A stretch of 64,000 nucleotides of DNA from Candidatus Wolframiiraptor sinensis (GCA_023261815.1 JALNKA010000002.1:68340-132339); one strand, 5' to 3'. Positions 33,198-44,366 are shown, numbered from the stretch's first letter. The notes: a model not told the origin generated them from the letters alone. Numbers and translations are program-made.

Positions 33198-33584
33198 ATG
33201 AAGGTCTTGGTTGATGCAAGCTTTCTGATGCTATGCGCGGAAGTAGGGAGAGACTTCATGCAGATGGCAGAGGAGGCGATCGGAGAGCCCATAGAGCCTT
33301 ATGTGACCGAGGAGGTGCTCAATGAGCTGAAGAGCATCGCTGGGAGGGGTGGTAGGAGGGGGCGGCTCGCGGCGCTCGCGCTCAAAATAGCCGGCGGGAT
33401 GAGCCTCATCCGGGGAGGGGGAGGCGTGCCGGCGGATATGAGACTCCTCCAGGAAGCCGCGCGGCTCAAGGCCGCCATAGCCACGGCGGATCTAAGCCTG
33501 ATAAGAAGGGCTAGATCCCTGGGAATACCGGTAATAAGCATCGGATCGGATATGAGGATAGTTTTCGAGGGGGTTAGGCTCTAG
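33198..33584 (+). CDS. PIN-domain protein (Fcf1/Utp24-like)
   Basis: VLVDASFL, VLNEL, ATADLSL; conserved position between eif2g and rpoE1. Confidence 0.85.
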   Translation: MKVLVDASFLMLCAEVGRDFMQMAEEAIGEPIEPYVTEEVLNELKSIAGRGGRRGRLAALALKIAGGMSLIRGGGGVPADMRLLQEAARLKAAIATADLSLIRRARSLGIPVISIGSDMRIVFEGVRL

Positions 33585-33651
33585 GCTGAAGAGCAATCCT
33601 TAAATCCGGAGCAAATATCTAAATTTCGCTAGTTTTTGAAGGGTTAGGAAA

Positions 33652-34239
33652 ATGTTCTACCTCGTGGAGATAGAGGATGTTGTTGCGGTTCCTCCGAGGG
33701 ATTTCGGCAAACCGCTTAAGAAGGTGGTATTGGAGAGGGTTAAGGAGGCTTATGAGGGAAAGATCCTAGAAGATCTCGGATACGTCGTCATGGTCGTGGA
33801 TGTTGACGCCGACCCGATCGGAGTGCTTCTTCCCAGAGATGGCGCGACATATCACAGGGCTAGGGCGAAGCTTCTCTGCTTCCATCCGAGGATACAGGAG
33901 GTCGGCGAAGGAGAAGTTGTCGAGATCACCGAGTTCGGCGCATTCATCAGGGTCGGCCCGCTTGACGCGCTCCTACACATCTCACAGATAATGGATGACT
34001 ACATAACATACGATGAGAGGCATTCAGTTCTCATGGGCAAGAAGAGCGGTAATAAGCTCGAAGTAGGAGATGATGTAAGATTCAGAGTCGTCGCCGTATC
34101 ATTAACGCATGGAACTACGGGCAAGATCGGGGTAACGACGAGGCAGCCGTATCTCGGGAAGCTGGATTGGATTAAGAAGAGCTTGGAGAAGCTCGCGCCT
34201 GAGCCGAAGAAGGCGAAAGCCGTGGCGGGTGAGGAGTAG
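33652..34239 (+). CDS. rpoE1: RNA polymerase subunit E' (Rpo7)
   Basis: DGATY, FGAFIRVGPLDALLHISQIMDD, RQPYLGK. Confidence 0.96.
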   Translation: MFYLVEIEDVVAVPPRDFGKPLKKVVLERVKEAYEGKILEDLGYVVMVVDVDADPIGVLLPRDGATYHRARAKLLCFHPRIQEVGEGEVVEITEFGAFIRVGPLDALLHISQIMDDYITYDERHSVLMGKKSGNKLEVGDDVRFRVVAVSLTHGTTGKIGVTTRQPYLGKLDWIKKSLEKLAPEPKKAKAVAGEE

Positions 34240-34434
34240 TTGCCCGCGGCGCTTAGAGCATGCAGGGACTGCAAGCACATAACGGCCTCGAAGGATAGAT
34301 GCGAGAACTGCGGCTCAACGAATCTCACGCAAGCATTCTCCGGGATGATAATAATCCTGGATGAGGAGAGGTCCGAGATAGCGCGTGAGCTCGGGATAAG
34401 GAAGAAGGGGGCCTATGCGATCCGAGTCGCCTAA
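34240..34434 (+). CDS. spt4: Transcription elongation factor Spt4 (RpoE'')
   Basis: RACRDC..CENCGS, SEIARELG, GAYAIRV. Confidence 0.95.
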   Translation: MPAALRACRDCKHITASKDRCENCGSTNLTQAFSGMIIILDEERSEIARELGIRKKGAYAIRVA

Positions 34435-34984
34435 GTGGCCTCCAAAGCATAAGCTGATCTTCCCAGAGAGCGTCAAGAAGCTTCTCAAGGAGCCGGCGGG
34501 CAAGCTCATATCCGGAGACCCGGATCAGGTGATAGAGGAGGTTAAGCGGCTGATCGAGGCGGATAATCCGCCGCTCGTCATCGCGGTTGGAGATTATACC
34601 TCAGCGAAGCTGAGGGAGCACGCGGCGCGCGTGAACGTATACGTCGTTGACGGGAGGATCGAGAGAAGGCCGTCCGCAGTGTTCGATGCAACCGGGTTGA
34701 GGATAATCGAGTGCGTGAATGAGCCCGGGACCATAAGCCCGGAAGCTGCTTCAAGGCTTCACGAGCTTCTAGCGAGGCCCGGCATCAGAGACGTCGTTCT
34801 TCTCGTGAGGGGCGAGGAAGACCTCCTCACCCTAGCGGCCATAATCTCCGCGCCCGAGGGCTCAGCCATAATCTACGGCCAGCCGGGAGCTGGAAGCGTT
34901 TACGTGAAAGTGGATAAGAATATGAAAGAGAGGGCTCTTGAGATACTCGAGCTCGCGGAGTCCAGCGCCTCATCGGAGGGATGA
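34415..34984 (+). CDS. GTP-dependent dephospho-CoA kinase (DUF359)
   Basis: AVGD, VDGRIER, NEPGTI, GEEDLL, YGQPG. Confidence 0.9.
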   Translation: MRSESPKWPPKHKLIFPESVKKLLKEPAGKLISGDPDQVIEEVKRLIEADNPPLVIAVGDYTSAKLREHAARVNVYVVDGRIERRPSAVFDATGLRIIECVNEPGTISPEAASRLHELLARPGIRDVVLLVRGEEDLLTLAAIISAPEGSAIIYGQPGAGSVYVKVDKNMKERALEILELAESSASSEG

Positions 34985-35041
34985 AGTTTATTTAGTGCTC
35001 GCTTATCCTGAAAAGCGCCCTTCAAGTCGGAGGGAGGCGGC

Positions 35042-35323
35042 TTGCCCCGAAGATACCTCAGGACCAGGAGCAGGAAGAGGAAGTATGTGAGGACTCCGGG
35101 CGGCAGGGTTGTGATCCATTACGTCGAGGAGAAGAGGAGTCATCATCACTGCGCTAGATGCGGCGGCATAATCCACGGCATACCGAGGGAGAAGGACTTT
35201 AAGCTTGCTCATAGCGAGAGAACCGTCGAGAGATATTACGGCGGAGTCCTATGCCAGAACTGCTTGGAGGAGCTGATCAGAGTGCAGGTCGCGAGGGAGT
35301 GGGAGGCTATTACTCGAGCCTGA
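35042..35323 (+). CDS. rpl34e: Ribosomal protein L34e
   Basis: VRTPGGR, CARCG, RYYGGVLC..C. Confidence 0.95.
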   Translation: MPRRYLRTRSRKRKYVRTPGGRVVIHYVEEKRSHHHCARCGGIIHGIPREKDFKLAHSERTVERYYGGVLCQNCLEELIRVQVAREWEAITRA

Positions 35324-35882
35324 AAAACTCCTTAACCGCTGTGAGCGCTATCCTGAAAACGGACTCCTCATCCAAGTTGCTCGTGTCGAGGATCAAGTGG
35401 AATGGCTCGAAATCTCTTCCAAGCGCTATGCCATAAATCCTCTGATAAAGCTCGGAGCTCTCTCTATCTCTCTTCTCGAGAATCCTTAACGCCTCTTCAA
35501 ACGATACCCCGCTGCGCCTTGATACCCTTCTAGCCCTGACCTCGAGATTCGCCTTGAGCCATATGTTGAAGCCGCCCTTGTATAGCCATGGTAAAACCCA
35601 GCTATCGATGACAACATTGCCCTTCTCAGCGAGCTCTATGAGCTGCTGATCGACCTCCCTGTCGAAGTCCGGGTTCCTCATCCTCTCCTCCAGAAACCTC
35701 AGTCCATCACCTGTCTCCCACCACTCCACTCCACCCGGCCTATATCCCCTCTTTATCGCTAAGAGCTTCAATCCATCTCCGCCGGATATGTAGCTGAGCC
35801 CCAGCGCCTCTGCGAGCTTTCTCCCGAGAGTGCTCTTCCCGGATCCCGCGAACCCGCTAATGCAGACCACGATCTTCCGCAT
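35310..35882 (-). CDS. cmk: Cytidylate kinase (archaeal type)
   Basis: ISGFAGSGKST P-loop, DREVD, RDRES..YQRIYG, ILDTS. Confidence 0.9.
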   Translation of the reverse strand: MRKIVVCISGFAGSGKSTLGRKLAEALGLSYISGGDGLKLLAIKRGYRPGGVEWWETGDGLRFLEERMRNPDFDREVDQQLIELAEKGNVVIDSWVLPWLYKGGFNIWLKANLEVRARRVSRRSGVSFEEALRILEKRDRESSELYQRIYGIALGRDFEPFHLILDTSNLDEESVFRIALTAVKEFFRLE

Positions 35883-35922
35883 CGGAAAATGTCCTCCAGT
35901 CGGCATTAAATAAACCAAACCA

Positions 35923-37131
35923 TCATGGAACGCGGAGCAGCGGCTCCCTGCTGAACTCCTTGGCCTCCGAGAGCTGCTCAAGCCTCTTCAAGACCTTCTC
36001 GCGGATCTCGACGGGCTTCGCCTTCTCCCTAATGATCTTACCATTCTTTATCAGAGGCTTGAGTAGGGGCTCGACCTTCTCGCCGCATACGGGGCATCTC
36101 TCGAGCACAGCGTTGAATGGCGTTATAGTATCATGGAGCTTCCCGCACCTGTAAACTTGCTTTCTGCCCGGAAGCTTCCCCTTCTTAGAGAAAGGCTTCC
36201 CATCTACCTCGACCAGGTCCAGGGCTAGGTCTATTGATGGTGGGAATGCTATCGAGGTTCCGACCCCGAAGCCGTCTGCGATGTCGGCGAGCTCCCGAAC
36301 CTGCTCCTCATCCAGCCCACCGCTCACGAAGATCTTCACGTGCTTGTAGCCCGCTATGTCGAGAGCCCACCTCGCCTCCTCGACGATCCTTCTCATGCTG
36401 CCCCTCCTAGAGCCCGGGGTATCGAATCTGACACCGTAGAGCTTTTCGCCGAGAGCCTCAGCGGCCATTAGAGCCTCGAAGCGCTCATCTGAGAGCGTAT
36501 CGCACAACGCTATTCTGGGCACATCTGGCGGCATCACTTTGTCGAAGGCCCTCCAAGCATCGGGCTGGTTACCGAATACCAGTATGAGGGCATGAGGCAT
36601 CGTGCCGACTGGCTTAACGCCCGCGAGCTCCGCTCCCAAGATGTTCGAGACGGCGTCGCATCCGCCTATCAGCGCGTAGACATCCGCCATGGGAGCTATT
36701 GCCGGGTGAATGGATCTTATTCCGAAGAAGAGCAGGGTCTTGCCGTTAGCGGCGATCTTCAGCCTTGCTGACTTGGTCGCTATACTCGTAGCATGCCTGA
36801 GTATGCCCAGCAGGCTCGACTCATATACTCCATACTCGACATATCTGCCATCTATCGCCATTATGGGCTCATAGACCCTGAAAAACTCGCCCTCCTCGAC
36901 AGCGTAAACATCAACATTTCTTCCCTCGAGAAGTGTCGCGGCCTCGCTTATGCCCGCAGCTATCGCCCAATCATAGCCCCTCGGAAAGCTGTATGCGTGG
37001 ATCTCCGCATAAGCTCTGACATACGCTTTACCCGATTTCTCCAAAACCTCCTTCGTTCTCGCGAAATAGACATCGGTGACCTTGCCCGCCAGAATCTCCT
37101 CCTCGGAGGCCACATAGAGCTTCCTATCCAT
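35923..37131 (-). CDS. pncB: Nicotinate phosphoribosyltransferase
   Basis: TDVYF, FGIR, GTMPH, LCDT, VRFDTPGSRRG, SGGL, FGVGT. Confidence 0.93.
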   Translation of the reverse strand: MDRKLYVASEEEILAGKVTDVYFARTKEVLEKSGKAYVRAYAEIHAYSFPRGYDWAIAAGISEAATLLEGRNVDVYAVEEGEFFRVYEPIMAIDGRYVEYGVYESSLLGILRHATSIATKSARLKIAANGKTLLFFGIRSIHPAIAPMADVYALIGGCDAVSNILGAELAGVKPVGTMPHALILVFGNQPDAWRAFDKVMPPDVPRIALCDTLSDERFEALMAAEALGEKLYGVRFDTPGSRRGSMRRIVEEARWALDIAGYKHVKIFVSGGLDEEQVRELADIADGFGVGTSIAFPPSIDLALDLVEVDGKPFSKKGKLPGRKQVYRCGKLHDTITPFNAVLERCPVCGEKVEPLLKPLIKNGKIIREKAKPVEIREKVLKRLEQLSEAKEFSREPLLRVP

Positions 37132-37134
37132 GCG

Positions 37135-37743
37135 CTACACCCCGAACTTGAGCCTATCAGATGATGTCAGCTCAGCCTTAAGAATCGCGCTCATAAATCT
37201 TAAAGATGAGATATGATCGAACTCGTGGATCGTGAACACCGCATCAACGGGGACTATGAGCTTATAGCTCCTCATCGCGGCGCCGATAGCCGTACATAAA
37301 ACGCACACGTTTCCCAGCAGCCCCGTCAGAATGAGAGTCCCGATATTCTTAGATCTGAGAATGTGGTCGAGAGGAGTCGAGTAGAAGGCATCGTAGCTTG
37401 GCTTCCTGATCGTTATCTCGCCCTCAGCGGGCTTGAGCTCATCAACTATCTCGGCGCCCCACGTTCCCTCAACAGCGTGCTCTCCCCAGATCTTGAACTC
37501 CGGATCATCCCTAATATGCCAGTCTTGAGTATAGATCACGGTCGCGCCGGCTCTTCTCGCGGATAATAGAATGCTCTTGATAGGCTGGATGATCTTCTCG
37601 GCGCCTCGAGCATAAAGCCTTCCAGATGGGCTCGCGAAGTCGTTCTGAACATCAATTATCAAGAGCGCGGACTCCGCGGGCTTGACCACGACATCCTTAA
37701 CCTCGAGCTTCTCGGGTAGCTTCAGGATCTCGGGAAAGCTCAC
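37135..37743 (-). CDS. Isochorismatase-family cysteine hydrolase, probable nicotinamidase
   Basis: IIDVQNDF, DWH, WGEHA, K..YDAF, NVCV; co-oriented with pncB. Confidence 0.85.
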   Translation of the reverse strand: MSFPEILKLPEKLEVKDVVVKPAESALLIIDVQNDFASPSGRLYARGAEKIIQPIKSILLSARRAGATVIYTQDWHIRDDPEFKIWGEHAVEGTWGAEIVDELKPAEGEITIRKPSYDAFYSTPLDHILRSKNIGTLILTGLLGNVCVLCTAIGAAMRSYKLIVPVDAVFTIHEFDHISSLRFMSAILKAELTSSDRLKFGV

Positions 37744-37768
37744 AGCAAGCCCTCAGCCATATGCACGG

Positions 37769-37789
37769 CCGTAAAATTAACCTTTACGG
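37769..37789. promoter_or_regulatory. Inverted repeat CCGTAAA-N7-TTTACGG upstream of the NAD salvage pair
   Basis: Perfect 7-bp arms around an AT-rich spacer ~25-45 nt upstream of the start at 37743. Confidence 0.35.
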
Positions 37790-37857
37790 GAAGATCAGCT
37801 AAGAGATCATGCCTCCGAGAAGAGCCCTTATATTGAGGGCGGAGGGGCAACCTCATA

Positions 37858-38043
37858 ATGAGCAGAGGTGAAGAAATTGTTCTGCCGCTCTGCACGTCGT
37901 GCAGGAAGCCCATCGAGCCCCATGAGTATGCTGTTAAATTTCCCTGCCCCAATTGCGGTAAGGTGATCATCTGGAGGTGCAGGCTATGCAGGGAGCTCGC
38001 GAAGCCCTATACGTGCCCCTCCTGCGGCTTCACAGGCCCATGA
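37858..38043 (+). CDS. Zinc-ribbon protein (DUF1610 type)
   Basis: [26 protein letters not shown]; conserved position before EF-1beta. Confidence 0.93.
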   Translation: MSRGEEIVLPLCTSCRKPIEPHEYAVKFPCPNCGKVIIWRCRLCRELAKPYTCPSCGFTGP

Positions 38044-38055
38044 GGTGATCCACGC

Positions 38056-38322
38056 ATGGCTAAGGTGGCCATTATAGTTGAGATAATGCCGGAGGACCCG
38101 GACATGGACTTGGATCAGCTGGTTGAGAGGATAAGAAGCGGCCTCCCCCAAGAATTCGAGCTGAAGCATGTAGAGGTCAAGCCCGTGGCCTTCGGCCTCA
38201 AGCTGCTAAGAGCGATGTTCGTGCTACCCGATAGAGAGGGCTCATCCGAGATTCTCGAGAAAGCTCTAAGCCAGGTGGAAGGCATCCAGGAAGTAAATAT
38301 CGTGGCCTCAACGAGAATATAG
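38056..38322 (+). CDS. ef1b: Elongation factor 1-beta
   Basis: IMPEDP, PVAFGLK. Confidence 0.93.
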   Translation: MAKVAIIVEIMPEDPDMDLDQLVERIRSGLPQEFELKHVEVKPVAFGLKLLRAMFVLPDREGSSEILEKALSQVEGIQEVNIVASTRI

Positions 38323-38385
38323 CTGCTTGATCATGGCGTTTGTGACTTAAATAGTGGCTGAGCATCTATGGATAATGCGGAATAG

Positions 38386-40560
38386 ATGAGTCCACGCGAG
38401 CTGCGCTTAAGAGTTGTCGAGGCGCGTCAAAGGGATGTAGGATATGGGATAGCGAGGATCGACCGGGAAGTTGGAGCAGCGGCGGGATTTCAGACAGGAG
38501 ACATCGTCGAGATCGTCGGTAGAAAGGTTACAGCCGCCACCCTATGGCTCGGCTACATGGAAGATGAGAAGGACGCGATTAGAATAGACGGCTATATCAG
38601 GAATAACGCTGGGGTATCATTGAATGAGTGGGTGACGATACGCGAGGCAAAGGTTGCCGAGGCACAGCTCGTCGTCCTCGCCCCCGTAAATTCCTCGATA
38701 AAGCCGGATGAGAACTTTACGAGGCTCGTTAAGAGCAGGCTGATAGAGTACCCGATCGTTCAGAAGAACGTAATTCCCGTGATGTTCTTCGGGAACCTAT
38801 TCACTTTCGCAGTTCTCCAGACCAAGCCCCAGGGAATCGTCAAGATAACGCCGAGAACCAGGCTCATAATACACTCGAAGGCGATGCAGGAGAAGGTTTT
38901 GAAGACGACTGTGACCTACGAGGACATAGGCGGGCTGCATGAGCAGATACAGAGGATAAGGGAGATGATAGAGCTCCCACTCCGCTACCCGGAGCTCTTC
39001 CAGAAGCTCGGGATAGAGCCGCCGAAGGGCGTCCTCCTCTATGGTCCGCCTGGGTGCGGAAAAACCCTCCTCGCAAAGGCGGTAGCGACGGAGGCCGAGG
39101 CGAACTTCATCCTCGTGAACGGCCCGGAGATTATGAACAAGTATTATGGTGAGAGCGAGGCGAGGTTGAGGGAGATATTCAGGAAGGCTGAGGAGAGCGC
39201 GCCATCCATAATATTCATAGACGAGATTGACGCGATTGCGCCCAAGAGGAGCGAGGTCACGGGAGAGGTTGAAAAGAGGGTTGTAGCCCAGCTCCTCGCC
39301 TTGATGGACGGCCTCGAGAGCAGGGGCCAGGTCATAGTCATAGGTGCCACGAATAGGCCCAACGCCCTCGACCCGGCTCTCAGGAGACCTGGAAGATTTG
39401 ACCGCGAGATCGAGATAGGGATACCCGACAGGAATGCGAGGAGGGAGATTCTCCAGATCCATACTCGAGGCATGCCGCTCGCTGAGGACGTTGATCTCGA
39501 TAAGCTCGCCGAGATGACCAAAGGCTACACCGGAGCTGATCTCGCGGCGCTGTGCAGGGAGGCCGCGATGAAGGCCATCAGGAGGATTCTGCCAAGCATA
39601 GACTTCTCCGAGGAGCGGATACCGCCGGAGATACTGGATAAGCTCGTGGTGACGATGAAGGATTTCATGGACGCGTTCAAGGAGATAACGCCGACTGCGC
39701 TCAGGGAGATAGAGATCGAGATCCCGAATGTCCGCTGGGAGGATATCGGCGGGCTCGAGGATGTTAAGCGCCAGCTCGTAGAGGCGATCGAGTGGCCGCT
39801 CAAATACCCGGAGAAGTTCGAGAGGATGGGCATAAAGCCGCCGAAGGGCGTCCTCCTCTATGGTCCGCCGGGATGCGGCAAGACAATGCTCGCGAAGGCC
39901 GTCGCGACGGAGGCCGAGGCAAACTTCATCTCTGTCAAGGGCCCCGAGATCTTCAACAAGTGGGTTGGAGAATCGGAGAAAGCCGTCAGAGAGATATTTA
40001 GGAAGGCTAGGCAGGCCGCTCCATGCATAATATTCTTCGACGAGATAGAGTCCGTCGTGATGAGGAAGGATCTTGTGGAGGATTCATCGGGCGTCTCAAG
40101 CAGGGTGACGAGCCAGATACTCGCGGAGATGGATGGGATCGAAGAACTGACGGACGTGATAGTCATAGGCGCGACGAATAGGCCGGACCTTCTAGACCCA
40201 GCAATACTGAGACCCGGGAGATTCGATAAGCTGATCTACGTGCCTCCCCCAGAAGAGAAGTCGAGGTACCAGATCCTCAAGATATATACAAAGAGGATGC
40301 CTCTCGCCCCGGATGTCTCGCTCAGGGATCTGGCGATGAGGACCGAGATGTATAGCGGCGCAGACTTGGCAGCCCTCTGCAGGGAAGCCGCGATGAACGC
40401 GCTGAGAAGAAGCCTTGATGCAGAATACGTCACGAGGCAGGACTTCGAGCAGGCCCTAGAGGTGATTAAGCCCAGCATAACACCGCAGCTCCTGAAAGAG
40501 TATGAGAGGATGAGCGAGATGATCAGATACAGGAAGGAGCAGCTGACGATGATAGGCTGA
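38386..40560 (+). CDS. cdc48: CDC48/VAT AAA+ ATPase, paralogue 2
   Basis: N domain plus two AAA modules (GPPGCGKT x2, DEID/DEIE, RPGRFD). Confidence 0.97.
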   Translation: MSPRELRLRVVEARQRDVGYGIARIDREVGAAAGFQTGDIVEIVGRKVTAATLWLGYMEDEKDAIRIDGYIRNNAGVSLNEWVTIREAKVAEAQLVVLAPVNSSIKPDENFTRLVKSRLIEYPIVQKNVIPVMFFGNLFTFAVLQTKPQGIVKITPRTRLIIHSKAMQEKVLKTTVTYEDIGGLHEQIQRIREMIELPLRYPELFQKLGIEPPKGVLLYGPPGCGKTLLAKAVATEAEANFILVNGPEIMNKYYGESEARLREIFRKAEESAPSIIFIDEIDAIAPKRSEVTGEVEKRVVAQLLALMDGLESRGQVIVIGATNRPNALDPALRRPGRFDREIEIGIPDRNARREILQIHTRGMPLAEDVDLDKLAEMTKGYTGADLAALCREAAMKAIRRILPSIDFSEERIPPEILDKLVVTMKDFMDAFKEITPTALREIEIEIPNVRWEDIGGLEDVKRQLVEAIEWPLKYPEKFERMGIKPPKGVLLYGPPGCGKTMLAKAVATEAEANFISVKGPEIFNKWVGESEKAVREIFRKARQAAPCIIFFDEIESVVMRKDLVEDSSGVSSRVTSQILAEMDGIEELTDVIVIGATNRPDLLDPAILRPGRFDKLIYVPPPEEKSRYQILKIYTKRMPLAPDVSLRDLAMRTEMYSGADLAALCREAAMNALRRSLDAEYVTRQDFEQALEVIKPSITPQLLKEYERMSEMIRYRKEQLTMIG

Positions 40561-40567
40561 TGAGAGC

Positions 40568-40840
40568 ATGTCCGGAAGAGAGCACGGCAGGAAACTCACT
40601 AGGCCCGGAAGCGAGATCTACTCGAGGATAATAGAGGTTTTGGAGAAGCTCGGTGGAAAGGCGATGGAGCTGAACCTGCTGGATGAGCTTAGAAAGAGGG
40701 GCTTCGATGTAAGCCTACCAGAGCTGAGAAACATGTTGATGAAGCTCGAGATAAGGGATAAGGTTAGAGTTTTCAGCCTCGACGAGGAGAGACGTGTCGT
40801 CGAGCTTCTCGTAAGGCTCAGGAGCGCTGATAAGAGCTAA
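40568..40840 (+). CDS. Small winged-helix-like hypothetical protein
   Basis: Three-helix plus beta-hairpin pattern (LMKLEIRDKVRV); 7 nt after cdc48 stop. Confidence 0.65.
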   Translation: MSGREHGRKLTRPGSEIYSRIIEVLEKLGGKAMELNLLDELRKRGFDVSLPELRNMLMKLEIRDKVRVFSLDEERRVVELLVRLRSADKS

Positions 40841-41871
40841 AACCACTGGTCGAGGCTCGTAACCCCCCGCGTCCTCCTCATTGACTCCTCTAGCTCCTTC
40901 AAGGCCTTCTCAATCCTCTCCTCCGAGAAATCATGCTCATCGCAGAGCATCCTCTTAACCCCCTCATGATCAATCTCCCTCCACTCGATTCTGTAATCCT
41001 CCGTGACTTCCGGGCTCAGGAAGATGCGCCTGATCTCGGCCGGCTCGATCTCCAGGGTCTTTCCAAGAGCCCTTAAGGCCTTTTCGGCGGAGCCATGCGT
41101 CTTGATGAGCTTTAGCGCGGTCTTGGGCCCGACACCCTTAACACCATCGCAGTAATCCGTCCCGACGAGTATCGCGACGTCTATCAGCTGCTCTCTGGTT
41201 ATCTCAAGCCCCTGAAGCAGCTTATCTAGGTGCACAAGCTCCGGCTCGACTTCCACGTACTCTTTCCTGCCGGGAAGCTTTCTCCGCCCGACGATCGAGA
41301 GGTTTCTGACGAGTCTTGGAGAGCCGAAGAGGAGCGAGTCAAAGTCCTGCGAGCCCGAGGCGTAAGCATCTCCCCTCATCGCGATATATGCCGCCTGGGC
41401 TTCACCCTCGCTTGGAGCCTGCACGACGGGTATGCCCATCAGGCTCAAGAGTCTCTTCGAGCTCTCGACTATGAACTCGTTGAGGGTCGCGGCTTGCTTC
41501 GCGTATTTCTGGGCCTCCTCGATCCTGCCCTCGGCGAGAGCCTGCTCGTAGAGCCTTTGAGCCTCCTGCCTCCGCTCACTCCTCTCCTCAACAGTCGCCT
41601 TCTTCAGCTCCGGAGGCTTCCCATCATATACGAAGATGGGCTTTATCCCCAGCTTCAGAAGATTTATCGTCCTGAAGAATAATCCGCTCAAATGGCTCGT
41701 GATCCTCCCATGCCTATCCATTAGCGGCCTCCCATCCTGCCCCCTGATAATCGTGATGAACTGGTAGAGCGCGTTATATGCGTCGAGTGCTATCGCCTTC
41801 CCCCCCAGGGACTCGAGGCTGATAGTCTCGACCGCGTTATCCGGGATTATCTCCCTTATCTTAACCCCCAT
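40837..41871 (-). CDS. fen: Flap endonuclease 1
   Basis: MGV, DAYNALYQF, SHLSGLF, APSEGEAQ, SQDFD, GTDY, C-terminal PIP-like SLDQWF. Confidence 0.97.
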   Translation of the reverse strand: MGVKIREIIPDNAVETISLESLGGKAIALDAYNALYQFITIIRGQDGRPLMDRHGRITSHLSGLFFRTINLLKLGIKPIFVYDGKPPELKKATVEERSERRQEAQRLYEQALAEGRIEEAQKYAKQAATLNEFIVESSKRLLSLMGIPVVQAPSEGEAQAAYIAMRGDAYASGSQDFDSLLFGSPRLVRNLSIVGRRKLPGRKEYVEVEPELVHLDKLLQGLEITREQLIDVAILVGTDYCDGVKGVGPKTALKLIKTHGSAEKALRALGKTLEIEPAEIRRIFLSPEVTEDYRIEWREIDHEGVKRMLCDEHDFSEERIEKALKELEESMRRTRGVTSLDQWF

Positions 41872-42968
41872 CCCAGTCCTCCGGGAGAGAGTCTGTTCTT
41901 GAAGCCGTATAAAGGTTGGGATGCTTTTCTGAGATCTAGGGCGAAGATGCTCCTTCTCGGAGCGACCTCCATAACCTCCCTACCAGCCTCAACTTCCACC
42001 ATGTGGCCTAGCTCCGCAGCCCTATTCTCCACGAGCCTCGAGAGATCCTCGAGCGACCCGGAGACCGCGTAGAGGTGTATGATTCCGCCGCGCCTGCATG
42101 CTCTAAGCCCGACGTCAAGAAACTCGAGAGAACGATATGGCAGATCCATTATGATGCGGTCAAACTCCTCGCGAACATTCTCCAAGATCTTCCTAGCATC
42201 GCCGAGCATCGGCGTCACCCGATCCTCGACATTATTCAGCTTCATGTTCTCGAGGAGATATCTGTAGGCATCCGGGTTGATCTCGATCGCGACGACCCTC
42301 GCGGATGGCTGGATCCTTGCTATGAGTATCGAGAATGGGCCTACGCCCGCGAACATGTCGAGCACGCTCTCGCCCGGCAAGACCTGCCGAGCCACCCTGA
42401 GCCGCTCACCGGATAGCCTCGGGCTGAAGAATGCCTTCCTCAGATCGAGCTTGTAAACGCATCCATGTTCTCTGTGGATTGTCTCAGTATCGCCTGATCC
42501 CGCGATGATCTCAACGTGCCTGATCCTGTAGTCTCCAGTAGTCTCGCCCTTAGCTAGGACTACTTTAGCCCTTGGGTGAATTCTCAGTAGAGCCTCGCCA
42601 ATCTCACGAGCATAATCCCTGAGCTCTTCACATAAATCGACAAGTATCAGATTTCCGATGATGTCGTATGATGAGGGGAGCTTGTCGAGGAGATGGCCTG
42701 GAAGCCTCCTGCTCAAGGCCTCTCTCAGGGTCCTGGGCTTTCTTTCTCTCACCTCGAATGTCGCCCGGGTGAGCTCTCCGCCGAGTTCCTCCACTATGCC
42801 GCGAACCCCCTCTAGTTCCTTCAGCGGGAAAAAGACGAATCCATCCTCCTCGAATGGCTTCAGCGAATTGTCCAGCGCGCCGAGCGCTATGAGCCTTCTC
42901 CTGAGCTCCTCGGCCCTACTCCTCGCTATCTTGGCCGCGCTCCTGGAAACCCTCGTGAAGCTACTCAA
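41856..42968 (-). CDS. trm5: tRNA (guanine-37-N1) methyltransferase, Trm5 family
   Basis: SYDIIG, TIHREHG, FFSPRL..ER, DMFAGVGPF, EINP, MDLP. Confidence 0.88.
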   Translation of the reverse strand: MSSFTRVSRSAAKIARSRAEELRRRLIALGALDNSLKPFEEDGFVFFPLKELEGVRGIVEELGGELTRATFEVRERKPRTLREALSRRLPGHLLDKLPSSYDIIGNLILVDLCEELRDYAREIGEALLRIHPRAKVVLAKGETTGDYRIRHVEIIAGSGDTETIHREHGCVYKLDLRKAFFSPRLSGERLRVARQVLPGESVLDMFAGVGPFSILIARIQPSARVVAIEINPDAYRYLLENMKLNNVEDRVTPMLGDARKILENVREEFDRIIMDLPYRSLEFLDVGLRACRRGGIIHLYAVSGSLEDLSRLVENRAAELGHMVEVEAGREVMEVAPRRSIFALDLRKASQPLYGFKNRLSPGGLGWGLR

Positions 42969-42971
42969 GGC

Positions 42972-44333
42972 CTATTCTTCTCCTTCCCCGAGCGCCTTCC
43001 TCAGAAGCTTCTCGACCTTCTCCACGACCTCGATCGCGTCTTTGCCGAAGATCGTTATCATGGGCTCTTTGCCCCAATCGCCCTCATGATAAACGAGGTC
43101 CGGAACCCTTCCGCCAGCACTCTTAATCGCCTCCTCGATGCCCCATGGTATCGTGCCGCCCTCAGCCCTTTTAACCTCCTCAGGCTCCAGCCTCCTATCA
43201 TAGAATCCGATGATCCAGCCAAGCCTACTCGCCGCCTCGATAAACCTCGGATCATATCTTATGTTCATCGCGGCTCTTATCTCTGGGTCGTGCTCCAGCA
43301 CCTTCAGAACCGCTCTCGCCACATGCCATGAAGCCGAGAACCATGGATGATCCGATGCTCTCGGGCCATCGGGGTGCTTCACGATTCTCCCGGGGACTCC
43401 GGCCACCTCGTCGAGGCTCCTCGCGCCCGGTATCGCCATGCATAGATTCATCTGGCACTCGGGAATGGCCTTTGCGATGATCTCGCTCCGCTCAATCCTC
43501 CCAACAGCCCTCCTCATAACCTCCAATACCCTGAACCTCTCAGCATCCCTCAGAAGCCTTCCAACAGGGTTTACGGGCCCGCTCCCTCCCCCAACCTGAA
43601 AGCCATATCTGATCGCATCGGTGACGAATATCTTCGCGCGCTCGACAGCCTCAAATATGCTCTTCTTCTTGGCAAGCTCCGCGGCGATCGCTGAGGCGAA
43701 CGTGCAGCCTGTGCCGTGAGTCGTCCGCGTCTCGATCCTCTCGGCCTCATAGACCCTGAATTCTCCATCGAAATAAAGGATGTCAACAGCTCTCGGGTCT
43801 TCCACATGGCCTCCCTTAACCACGACACCTCTCGCGCCGAGCTCCGAGATCATCTTGGCAGCCCTCTTCTGGGACTCCAAATCCCTAATCCTGATGCCGG
43901 ATAATGCCTCGGCCTCAAGCGCGTTCGGCGTGACGACGTATGCGCGTGGCAACAACTCCTCTATCAAGGCCTTGACCGCGCTCTCCTCCAAGAGCCGGGC
44001 GCCGCTTTTAGCTATCATCACGGGATCGACGACGATTGGCGCGCTTATCCGCCTCAGCTCCGATGCGACCGCCTCAATTATCTCAGATGTATGCAGCATC
44101 CCGGTCTTCACGGCGTCGACGCCGATATCTCTGACCACGACCCTTATCTGCTCCCTGATGAGCTCCACGGGCAGATCATATATCATTGTGACCTCCATGG
44201 TGTTCTGCGCGGTTATCGAGGTTATCGCGCTCATCCCGTGAACCCCGAGGGCTGCGAATGTCTTGAGATCGGCCTGGATCCCCGCGCCGCCGCCCGAGTC
44301 CGAGCCCGCGATAGTCAGTGCTCGCGGTATCAT
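42972..44333 (-). CDS. thiD: Hydroxymethylpyrimidine/phosphomethylpyrimidine kinase fused to ThiN
   Basis: [24 protein letters not shown]; C-terminal [19 protein letters not shown] (ThiN). Confidence 0.95.
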   Translation of the reverse strand: MIPRALTIAGSDSGGGAGIQADLKTFAALGVHGMSAITSITAQNTMEVTMIYDLPVELIREQIRVVVRDIGVDAVKTGMLHTSEIIEAVASELRRISAPIVVDPVMIAKSGARLLEESAVKALIEELLPRAYVVTPNALEAEALSGIRIRDLESQKRAAKMISELGARGVVVKGGHVEDPRAVDILYFDGEFRVYEAERIETRTTHGTGCTFASAIAAELAKKKSIFEAVERAKIFVTDAIRYGFQVGGGSGPVNPVGRLLRDAERFRVLEVMRRAVGRIERSEIIAKAIPECQMNLCMAIPGARSLDEVAGVPGRIVKHPDGPRASDHPWFSASWHVARAVLKVLEHDPEIRAAMNIRYDPRFIEAASRLGWIIGFYDRRLEPEEVKRAEGGTIPWGIEEAIKSAGGRVPDLVYHEGDWGKEPMITIFGKDAIEVVEKVEKLLRKALGEGEE

Positions 44334-44366
44334 CGAGACAAGCGCCGTTAGCCGAGGTTATAAGCT

